This document shows, piece by piece, positions 32,833 through 41,220 of a stretch of DNA of 64,000 nt. Each line of letters opens with the position of its first letter. Position 1 is the stretch's first letter. The stretch is from the NCBI GenBank assembly GCA_963717525.1, contig OY970343.1:544001-608000 (forward strand), written 5' to 3'. Below the pieces are notes generated by a model. It was given only the letters and a program-made list of their open reading frames with translations, was not told the origin of the DNA and did no database searches. This stretch comes from an uncultured Methanoregulaceae archaeon. Its GTDB lineage: Archaea > Halobacteriota > Methanomicrobia > Methanomicrobiales > Methanospirillaceae. Position numbers and translations under genes: made by a program.

Positions 32833-33030
32833 ATGGCGAAACAATTATTAAAATCGGTAGTTATGGGAACACACTCCGGATATATCATCCGGTGGACCTG
32901 TCCCGCGTGTTATGCAGACAATGCAATCATCAACAGGACCGCCGGGGAGTTTTTCAAGGAAGCCCGGGATTCCACATGCCGGCAATGCAGGCAGCGCTCA
33001 ACCATTTCAACACCCCGCCTTCGTAATTAA
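32833..33030 (+). CDS. Small zinc-ribbon protein
   Basis: CPAC...CRQC pairs. Confidence 0.6.
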   Translation: MAKQLLKSVVMGTHSGYIIRWTCPACYADNAIINRTAGEFFKEARDSTCRQCRQRSTISTPRLRN

Positions 33031-33273
33031 CCGGCATTTCCTTTTTTGATTTTTACGAGCGGAACATCCTGAAAAATACGACCCCTCCCTCATTGCCCCT
33101 CCGGGGTTTGTGCGGTTCTCTTTTTCCTGATCCGCCATGGGTCCCCCCTTCATGAGTGTCTTCGTACTATTTCGTCATTGTACACGAACGATGATTCTTA
33201 TGCCATCCCGGCCGTGTGAAAGCCTTTTGTAGTTTCATCATATAAGAATGAAATCAATACTTGAGTGATCACC

Positions 33274-33672
33274 ATGACCGACAAGAAAGGGCATTTCGAT
33301 AAGGGGCTATGGGTGGAAGACCCCGTTGCAGCCCCCGCAAAAGAGCAGAGCCAGATCGACGTCCGCCTCGCCGCCGCAACCAAATCGGTTCTCTCCGCGA
33401 TGGACGATCTCGCAAAGGTCACCCACGATCTCGTGGCAACAGAAGAGGGCAAGAAACATATCGAGAAGACCGTGAATGAGACTACGGTGCAGGTCCGGAA
33501 GTCCTTTGACGATATACTCGCCCGGGCCAGGGCCGAGGTGGATAAGGCGAAGGCTGATGTGGAAAAGGTAAAGGCTGAAGTGGAAAAAGCAAAGGCCGAT
33601 ATGACCAAGGCAAAACCCGAAGCGGAAAAGGCGAAGGCCGGCATGGGCAAACCGACCGTGCCAAAAAAGTAA
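33274..33672 (+). CDS. Hypothetical coiled-coil protein with 7-aa C-terminal repeats
   Basis: AEVDKAK/ADVEKVK/AEVEKAK/ADMTKAK/PEAEKAK. Confidence 0.7.
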   Translation: MTDKKGHFDKGLWVEDPVAAPAKEQSQIDVRLAAATKSVLSAMDDLAKVTHDLVATEEGKKHIEKTVNETTVQVRKSFDDILARARAEVDKAKADVEKVKAEVEKAKADMTKAKPEAEKAKAGMGKPTVPKK

Positions 33673-33731
33673 GCGATAGTGGCGAGATCCCCGCATGGGA
33701 TCTCAGTTTCCTTTTTCCTGTGACCTTTCCC

Positions 33732-34283
33732 TCATCCTACGTTCTTTTTTATCCACGCAACGTAGTGGTCCATCCAGTTCTGCAGGTAGGCCCTGCTCCC
33801 GGCCCCGATGTTTCCAGCATCGTCAAACATGCCCTCCCTCATCTGGAGGTAGGCCTCGGGCTGGCGGAGCACGGCGACATCAAGGTAGGAGAGGACGTTT
33901 CGTAAGTGCTGCTGGGCCAGGGCCGTGCCGATGGCACCGGTGGAGACGCCGATGATCCCTGCCGGTTTTCCCGCCCACACACCTTGGCCGGGCGGTCGGG
34001 AGCCTTGATCAAGGGCGTTCTTGAGCAGCCCCGGGATCGAACGGTTGTATTCCGGGGAGACGAACAGCAGGCCACTGGCTGCCCTGATCTCGTTTTTCAT
34101 CCGTACGACCTCCGGGGCCGGGTGCTCATCGTCGTCCTGGTTATACAGCGGCAGGTCGCCGATCCTCACCTGGCGGAAGGAAAATTCCGGCGGTGCCAGC
34201 TTCACGATGGCATCGGCAAGTTTCCGGTTGAATGAATCCTTCCGGAGACTTCCGACGATAACGGCAATCTGGTACTGGTTCAT
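33732..34283 (-). CDS. NAD(P)H-dependent FMN reductase (ChrR/YieF type)
   Basis: GSLRKDSFN, PEYNRSIPGLLKNALD, WAGKP and AQQHLR motifs. Confidence 0.9.
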   Translation of the reverse strand: MNQYQIAVIVGSLRKDSFNRKLADAIVKLAPPEFSFRQVRIGDLPLYNQDDDEHPAPEVVRMKNEIRAASGLLFVSPEYNRSIPGLLKNALDQGSRPPGQGVWAGKPAGIIGVSTGAIGTALAQQHLRNVLSYLDVAVLRQPEAYLQMREGMFDDAGNIGAGSRAYLQNWMDHYVAWIKKNVG

Positions 34284-34461
34284 GCATCATACCTTCGTGG
34301 GGTACGGTATCTGTATTTCCCTGCCCCTTCAAAAAGACATGTGCCCATCCGGCATCTCCAGGCTTTTGAGAGGAATTTTCCGCCGCGATGCTACCACCCC
34401 CCCTTGGTATTTTTCTCAAGTGATTTATACCGGTATATGGTATAATTCACTAAACCCGGCT

Positions 34462-35061
34462 ATGTCGCCACTGAACAGGATCCCCGGGGCAGGACCGGTG
34501 AATAAACCTCCGGTTACCCGCCACATAATCAGGCCGGAGAGATGGATCTTCTCCGGCCTCCTTCTCGCCCTGGTTCTCGCGCTCGTGTGCGGTCCGGCCC
34601 TTGCCCTTCCTGACCCGCCACCGGGCGCCGGTGCCGGGCATTTTGACCAGGGAATTACGGTATACTGGCCGTATCATGCTTCCCTCATGGTAACAGGTTT
34701 TATTCTCCTCTTCTCCGGGTTTATTGTCGCACGGTACCACAAGACCAAGAACTGGTTCAAAACGCACGCCCTTCTCCAGGTCTGCGGAGGTGCCTGCATC
34801 ATCGCCGGCATGGCGGTTGGCGTGTACATGGTCACGCTCTCCGGTTTCCCCCCTCTCCGGAATATTCATGAGATCCTCGGCGTGACGACCGTATTCCTGG
34901 TCATCATCGCCCTTGCACTGGGTTACAGCGTCCGGCGGGTTCACACCGCAAAAACTGTTGTCCGTATAAGCCATCGCTGGCTGGGGAGGATTGTGATCGG
35001 TCTCATGGCGGTCACCATCGTTCTTGGTATCTACTTTTTGTCTCTCATCCTTCGCCGGTAG
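34462..35061 (+). CDS. Cytochrome b561-like membrane protein
   Basis: Four TM helices each carrying His (YHASLM, THALLQ, IHEILG, SHRWLG). Confidence 0.7.
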   Translation: MSPLNRIPGAGPVNKPPVTRHIIRPERWIFSGLLLALVLALVCGPALALPDPPPGAGAGHFDQGITVYWPYHASLMVTGFILLFSGFIVARYHKTKNWFKTHALLQVCGGACIIAGMAVGVYMVTLSGFPPLRNIHEILGVTTVFLVIIALALGYSVRRVHTAKTVVRISHRWLGRIVIGLMAVTIVLGIYFLSLILRR

Positions 35062-35091
35062 GTCGACTGTTGTTTTTTTTATAAATATTGA

Positions 35092-35312
35092 CTCTGTAGC
35101 AATCCTCAATGGGATTTGTAAGCACGCTCTTGGGGGCTAAAGCCCCCGCCGCTTTGGCATCCCCCGGTTGCGATAGTGCCGTATTACCTGCAACATAAAG
35201 ATGGATGTTTCATGTACAGGTAGGTACAAAGGCATCGCGTACTCCCCCGCCCCCTTTGGGGGCAGGACTGACGTAAAGGGGGTTTATCTCAAAAAAAAGG
35301 TTTTCTACAGAG
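35092..35312 (+). mobile_element. Family B MITE-like element with ~15-bp terminal inverted repeats
   Basis: Left CTCTGTAGCAATCCT and right AGGTTTTCTACAGAG match 13/15; internal hairpins; no ORF. Confidence 0.75.
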
Positions 35313-35424
35313 CATAAACATTCAAAAAGCGATGGCTGCACCTGACGGGCCACCCTCCCAGATCCGGCGTATTTCCTGAAGTCGGCGGATCTCCCCGGCA
35401 GGTTTCCTGTTCATCCCGGGCATT

Positions 35425-37119
35425 TCACGCGTGGCCGGAGAGCATCCGGTACGCCCGGGCAATCTCTGCCACGCTCCATGCCTGGGCAATGCACCCGTTG
35501 GGATGGAATGGCGGGTCGCCATCAAAGATCTCGGATATGTACCCTATCCCCGCCTCCCTCCCATGCAAAAGGATTGGAACGAGGATCTGTGCCGCCCGTT
35601 CCCGGGGAACCCCGTTCCGGAGGAGTGCCTCAGCATAATAACCGGTAAGCCAGGGCCAGACACACCCGTTATGATAACTGCTGTCGCCCGTGTACTGTCC
35701 CTTGTAATCAGGATCCGACTGCGAAAGCGTGCGGAGCCCGTACGGTGTCAGGAGCGCCCGGGAAATTGTGCCAAGCGCAGTTGCGGCCTGCTCCGGGCTG
35801 ACGAGACCAAGAGCGATCGCAATCACCTGGTTTGGCCGGACAGAGGAATCGACCGGATCGATCACGTCATACAGGCACTCCCGTTCCTTATTCCAGAACC
35901 GCCCGAATGTCCTGCGTGCCGATTCGGAACTGACCGGCACCGGGATCCCCATTGCCTCCGCTTCTGCCAGGGCATGTACCCAGAGAGCATTGACCTCGAC
36001 CGGTTTCCCCGCACGGGGCGTGAACGGGGTATCCATCCACGTGCTCCCCGGGACAACGGAGATCAGGTCATGGTCCAGCCTGGCAACAGGGGAAGACGGG
36101 TATTTTGCCAGAATATTTTCCATTACCGGCTTCATCTTCTCCATGAAGGGATCGTCCCCCCACCGGCGCCGGTACCGGACGAGGGCCTGGATAAACCATA
36201 ACGAGGCATCGCTGGTGTGATAATTGTCAGGAAACCTGTTGGGGATCACGCCATCCCTGTTCAGAGCGGAAAGCCGCCTGAGCACGGCGCGGGCCTCGTC
36301 TCGCATCCCGCGTTCAATGAGCAGGCCGGTAACACTGATGGCCGAATCACGCCCCCATGATTCGCAGAACCAGTGGTAGCCGGCATATATCTCGTCTCCC
36401 TGGCAGAATGCATCCGCTGCCCGGTCCAGCCAGCCGGGTATGGCCTGGGGTGACCGTGCACGGGGCGGGTCCGGTGGATCGAGTGCTGCGCCGGTGCAGC
36501 GGAACAGGACGGCAGAATTCCTTACCTGTCCCTGGAAAACACCCGGTGAATAGAGATCCTCCACCGGTTCGTACCCCCGTTCGTACTCCCGCTGGTACCA
36601 GAGATTCCGGTAGGTGACAGGGCTGGCCTCGTAGGGCAGATCTCCGTGGAAAAAAATCTCTCCCCACCGGAACCCGTCGGGTTCGTTCGTGCAGCCCGGG
36701 GCAGGGTCCCTCATGACCCCATGCACCGGCCGGTCGGTGATGAGGGGACGGATCCAAAGGTCGGCATCGCCGGTGATATCGTAGGTCACCGAAAGGCTCC
36801 CGTCAAACGTGATCGTCTTTTTTACGATGATGCCATCGATCCAGTAAACCCACGACGGGGGGTATGCCGAAAATGCCGCAAGGTACCGGAGCCCCCCATC
36901 GTTCGCTACCCCCTGGTACTGCTGGGAGGAGAGCTGGATCCCGTTCACCCGTTCATCAAGCCCGGCGAGAAGGAGGCGTCCGTCCCTGACAAAAAGCCCG
37001 TGGTATTTCCTGGTGTTGCCTCCTACGGTCGAGGAAGCGTACACGTGGTACGATACCAGGAGAAATTCAAGGCTCCGGGCAGTTCCGGGGATCTGGACCT
37101 CCCGCCCGTACTGGAACAC
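35425..37119 (-). CDS. Glycogen debranching enzyme (amylo-alpha-1,6-glucosidase, archaeal type)
   Basis: TRKYHGL, AGYHWF..WGRD, TWMD, GKPVEVNALW, YHNGCVWPW and QAWSVAE motifs. Confidence 0.9.
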   Translation of the reverse strand: MFQYGREVQIPGTARSLEFLLVSYHVYASSTVGGNTRKYHGLFVRDGRLLLAGLDERVNGIQLSSQQYQGVANDGGLRYLAAFSAYPPSWVYWIDGIIVKKTITFDGSLSVTYDITGDADLWIRPLITDRPVHGVMRDPAPGCTNEPDGFRWGEIFFHGDLPYEASPVTYRNLWYQREYERGYEPVEDLYSPGVFQGQVRNSAVLFRCTGAALDPPDPPRARSPQAIPGWLDRAADAFCQGDEIYAGYHWFCESWGRDSAISVTGLLIERGMRDEARAVLRRLSALNRDGVIPNRFPDNYHTSDASLWFIQALVRYRRRWGDDPFMEKMKPVMENILAKYPSSPVARLDHDLISVVPGSTWMDTPFTPRAGKPVEVNALWVHALAEAEAMGIPVPVSSESARRTFGRFWNKERECLYDVIDPVDSSVRPNQVIAIALGLVSPEQAATALGTISRALLTPYGLRTLSQSDPDYKGQYTGDSSYHNGCVWPWLTGYYAEALLRNGVPRERAAQILVPILLHGREAGIGYISEIFDGDPPFHPNGCIAQAWSVAEIARAYRMLSGHA

Positions 37120-37144
37120 TCTTGAAGCACTCCTTGTAATTTTT

Positions 37145-38386
37145 TTAACTGTCGGCAAGTTCCCGGTAGACCATGAGGGTGTTTTCTGCGGCTGTGTCCC
37201 AGGTAAAGTGCTCGATCACCCTGCTCCTGCCGTTCCTGCCCATCGTTTCAGCAAGGTCATGGTGCTTCAGGATCGCGATGGTAAACTTTGCAATATCAAG
37301 GGGATCGTACGGGTTGATATGGTAGCCGCAGATTCCCTCCCCTGCGGGAATCACCTGCTCGCGGAAACCTGAGGTCCCCCGTGCCCCGACAACGACCGGT
37401 TTTCCCATCGACATGGCCTCGGTACAGACAATGCCAAAGGGTTCGTATTTCGAGGGCAGGACAACGACATCGGACGCAGCATAATACAGGATGCGTTCCT
37501 CTTCCGGTGCCATCCTGAAATGTAAAATCACGTTCTCTTCAAGATGGTGGTTGTGCACCATATGCACGAGCATCTGCTCCATATCGCCGAGGCCAAGAAT
37601 GACCAGTTTTGCATCGGGGATCTCTTTTACGATATGGATCATTGCCCGGACAAGGGTGTCGGCTCCTTTCACCCACGTGAGCCGGCCGATGAAAAAGATC
37701 ATCGGCGAATGCCCGACCCCGATCTTTTCGCGGAACGCCTCGATCTCGCGGGACGTAAACCGTGCGGGATCGTATTTCTTCTCATCGACACCATTGTGGA
37801 TGACCCGTATCTTCTGCTCCGTGTACCCGTAGCTTACCAGTTCGTCCCTCATGGCATAGCTGACCGTAACGATACGGTCTGCGATGGTGGCGGACAGGTG
37901 TTCAATATCCTTGATGGTCGGGGAGCCGGTAGGGTTTCGTCCCTGTTCCGTTGAATGGAAGTGAAAGACAAACGGTACCTTGAGGTTCCTTTTGGCCGTG
38001 ATGCCGGCAAGCGCCGCGAGCCAGTCGTGGGAGACCAGCAGGTCGTAATGCAGGTTCTCCTTCGGGACGAGGTAATTTACCAGCTTCGATGCAGAAAGCA
38101 GGTTGTACAGGAGGGTTTCGGCGAAAAATTCCTGCCCGTTCTCATCCCATGTCTTCACCTCTGCCGGGTTGATAATGGAAATAATATCGGAAACTTTCAT
38201 CAGCAGTGGGCGGTGGATATCTATGCCCGAACGGATCTCAGATGTCGGATCGCTGCCCGTATTCCGGGAAAAAACAGAGAGTGAATGTCCTCTCCGGACG
38301 AACTGGCGGGAGATCTCGTCTGCATACGTCCCGAGGCCCCCCCGGAAAAAGGGAGGGAATTCATCGACGAAATAGGCAATTTTCAT
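37145..38386 (-). CDS. GT4 glycosyltransferase (glycogen synthase-like)
   Basis: GGLG, HDW, HSTE.GR and EPFGIVCTEAM motifs. Confidence 0.88.
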   Translation of the reverse strand: MKIAYFVDEFPPFFRGGLGTYADEISRQFVRRGHSLSVFSRNTGSDPTSEIRSGIDIHRPLLMKVSDIISIINPAEVKTWDENGQEFFAETLLYNLLSASKLVNYLVPKENLHYDLLVSHDWLAALAGITAKRNLKVPFVFHFHSTEQGRNPTGSPTIKDIEHLSATIADRIVTVSYAMRDELVSYGYTEQKIRVIHNGVDEKKYDPARFTSREIEAFREKIGVGHSPMIFFIGRLTWVKGADTLVRAMIHIVKEIPDAKLVILGLGDMEQMLVHMVHNHHLEENVILHFRMAPEEERILYYAASDVVVLPSKYEPFGIVCTEAMSMGKPVVVGARGTSGFREQVIPAGEGICGYHINPYDPLDIAKFTIAILKHHDLAETMGRNGRSRVIEHFTWDTAAENTLMVYRELADS

Positions 38387-39528
38387 GCAACCACCCGGGA
38401 ATACGTTTCGGTCATCTTCTCGCCGATCGGGCCCCACAGGAACTTGCGGTCGATCTTTTTCCTGCCCCTTTTCCCGAGTGCAACAGCCTGTGAGGGGTCA
38501 TCAATTACCGTGTTGATCCCCCATGCAAGTGAGTCCGGGGAGGGTTCCACCGTCACTCCATCAACGAATGCATCGATGTTTTCAGAAAGCCCACCCACGT
38601 TGGATGCAACAACCCCTTTTTCAGCGCTCCAGGCTTCCAGCAGCACAAGACCGAACGGCTCGTTCCTGCTGGGGATTACCACGAGATCGCAGGCGTTCAG
38701 GAGACGGACATACTCAGAATCAGGAACGTACCCCACAAAATTAGCAGGGAGATCCTTTGCCCGCTCCACCAAAAACTGATGCATGTCCCCCTCACCTGCA
38801 ACGATTAACTTTGCATCCCAGTGATTTTGGCATACGGTTCTCATTGCCTCGATAAGCAGGTCAGGACCTTTCTGGTAGACCAGCCTGCCGATGAAGAGGA
38901 TGAGCGGGGCGAATGGGTGGATCCCGTATGCCTGCTTTACTTCACCAGCGTCGATCTCAGCGCGGAACTGATGCGGCACCACCCCATTGGGTACCACATC
39001 ACATTTCCAGTCGGGCACATTATAGAGCTGCATGACCTCGTTTTTGAGTGTTGCTGAAACAGCCGTTACCCGCTTTGCGATGAGGCCCCCGTACCACTCC
39101 TTGCCGGAGATCTCCTTAAACTCCCACCAGTCGCCAGACTGGTTTCCGCTCCTGCCGTATTCTGTTGAATGATAGGTAAGAATGGTGTTCCTGTCCTGAA
39201 GGATATGGAGCGCCTGTACTGCATGCCAGTCATTAAAATGGAGATAATCAAATTTCCGGCCAGTATCGAACCGGTGAAAATTTTCTACCATCAAAAGACT
39301 CATGCTGTTGCAATACTCCACGATGTTGTTGCCCTGGGGCTGGCAGTAATGATAGTGAACACCATTGATCGTCTGGTCCTGAATCCCGCCGCGGGTAAAG
39401 AAGTGAACTTCGTGGTGCTGTGCCAGGGTTTCCGCGAGATGGGTTGCAGCCCTTGCCAAGCCTCCCACGCGTTCGGCATAGAGCGATTCCCAGCAGAAAA
39501 TGGCTATCTTGAGTGACTCCAAAGACAT
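38383..39528 (-). CDS. GT4 glycosyltransferase (glycogen synthase-like)
   Basis: VGGLA, NDW, HSTEYGR and EPFGLVLLEAW motifs. Confidence 0.88.
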   Translation of the reverse strand: MSLESLKIAIFCWESLYAERVGGLARAATHLAETLAQHHEVHFFTRGGIQDQTINGVHYHYCQPQGNNIVEYCNSMSLLMVENFHRFDTGRKFDYLHFNDWHAVQALHILQDRNTILTYHSTEYGRSGNQSGDWWEFKEISGKEWYGGLIAKRVTAVSATLKNEVMQLYNVPDWKCDVVPNGVVPHQFRAEIDAGEVKQAYGIHPFAPLILFIGRLVYQKGPDLLIEAMRTVCQNHWDAKLIVAGEGDMHQFLVERAKDLPANFVGYVPDSEYVRLLNACDLVVIPSRNEPFGLVLLEAWSAEKGVVASNVGGLSENIDAFVDGVTVEPSPDSLAWGINTVIDDPSQAVALGKRGRKKIDRKFLWGPIGEKMTETYSRVVA

Positions 39529-39823
39529 TCCCTCCGTTTAAAAATCAGGTACCCGGGATCCTTTCGTTCTGTACAATCCTTTCATCACGGTATCAGGTTT
39601 GCGTTACCCGGGCTGTTCTTCCTCCGGTTCGTGAATCCTTCCCTGATCATCCATTGCAGGGAAAACGGCCGAGTGAGGTCCCCTCAGAGCCCCGGAACCG
39701 TCTGATGCTCTCCGGAATGCTTATCAGTGATTTTATGATTCCAAAAGACAGGATATAAAAATGATCGTTCTTTGCAATTTTTGAGAAAGGCACTTTTCTC
39801 CTCATACCAGGAAGATTGTGCCC

Positions 39824-41098
39824 TCAGAACGGATCTGCAACGAACGCCGTTGATGAAAGGATGTCACCAAGCCCGGTTGTTTTCCGGACATTGTGCGAAA
39901 TGCAGGTGGGGATGACCACCACGATCCGGTCACCGGTCCTGAAAATGCCGGGCGATTCATCCGGACCAAATGCTGTCCGGATATCCGCATATGCCTGAAG
40001 GCCTTCCCGTGACAGGACCGGGCCGCTCCCTCCCGCTGCACCGGCTGCCTCCTCGGCAGCAAAGAGGAGGGCATTCCGGGATAATTCCGGCTGCCCGGCC
40101 CCGGGTTTCAGGATAAGGATATAATACCCGAAGGTATGCAGGTGGAGCCGGGGCACGCCCGTGGCATGGGCAAGGGCGAGGGCATCATGCACCAGTGCAA
40201 CCGGGGATGCGGGGAGTACTTCCGGCGGTTTCGGGTCCGGCGCCCCCGGTGCCTGTGTGAACATGACCAGTTCGTGTTCATTGAGCCCGATACTGTCCGT
40301 ATTTTTAAGGATATGATCGAGCATCATAGAAAGGACCGGGGGTGGCGTCCCGGAAACGCATTCAACGTGTGTCCGCATCCGGGAATGAATGTTCCGGATC
40401 CGTAACAGCTGCCTTGCGGCGGTGACAAACTCCTGTTCTGTCCGCAGGTACTGGTAGCCGGACAGGAATGCACGCCGGCATGTGGCGATCTGTTCGAGAA
40501 AAGCATCCTCTTTTTCCTCCGGGATGAGGATGGTGGATGGGTCATGGACCGGTGACACGATAAACCGGTTTTTCCGGGGCACAACCCCCTCAGCCACGGG
40601 TATGAGGCCCGGGGAAAATTCAAAAATAAGATGGATAATATCGGGATTATCGCCGGTTCCCGGATCGAAGGTCAAAGGAAGGATACCGGCACCCTCCAGC
40701 AGAGTTTGCGTATCGGGACCGGCGCCGGGGACAACACAGACCACCGGCGCGGCATTCAGCCTGCGCATCTGGATCGCGGCAATTCCCGCCTGCCCCCCGA
40801 TAACGAGAGAACCGGTGGTCGAAAAAAAACCGGAAAGAGCCTGGAAAACAGGGGGGTCATCGATAACCATCTCATCGGCTGCGCAATACCGCATCGAATA
40901 TTTCAGCCGTTCGAGAAGGGCCGCGAAGCCCGGCCCGGTCTGCTGCCGGAGATCACCGAGCAACGCCCGGGTGACCGGGATAGCCCGGTCGATATTTGCA
41001 TTGAACCCGGTCATGACCGGGCCCGGCTCCGGTCTTTGCAGGGATTTGTACAGGTCCGCCCACGTGCCGGTGTACACAAAAACACCACCTTGTCGCAC
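39824..41098 (-). CDS. ADP-dependent glucokinase/phosphofructokinase
   Basis: GFNANID, GGQAGIAA, NRFI, SIGLNEHEL, HLHTFGY and TTGLGDILS motifs. Confidence 0.88.
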   Translation of the reverse strand: MRQGGVFVYTGTWADLYKSLQRPEPGPVMTGFNANIDRAIPVTRALLGDLRQQTGPGFAALLERLKYSMRYCAADEMVIDDPPVFQALSGFFSTTGSLVIGGQAGIAAIQMRRLNAAPVVCVVPGAGPDTQTLLEGAGILPLTFDPGTGDNPDIIHLIFEFSPGLIPVAEGVVPRKNRFIVSPVHDPSTILIPEEKEDAFLEQIATCRRAFLSGYQYLRTEQEFVTAARQLLRIRNIHSRMRTHVECVSGTPPPVLSMMLDHILKNTDSIGLNEHELVMFTQAPGAPDPKPPEVLPASPVALVHDALALAHATGVPRLHLHTFGYYILILKPGAGQPELSRNALLFAAEEAAGAAGGSGPVLSREGLQAYADIRTAFGPDESPGIFRTGDRIVVVIPTCISHNVRKTTGLGDILSSTAFVADPF

Positions 41099-41220
41099 GC
41101 CAGATTAGATGCCGGATGATGATAAAGGTGCTTTAGGGTGTCCTCTCATCTGTCCAGCGGTACTTCCCATAGTATTAACCATGGCTTAATCCAAAATGAA
41201 CCGGGAGGAAGATTTCGCAT

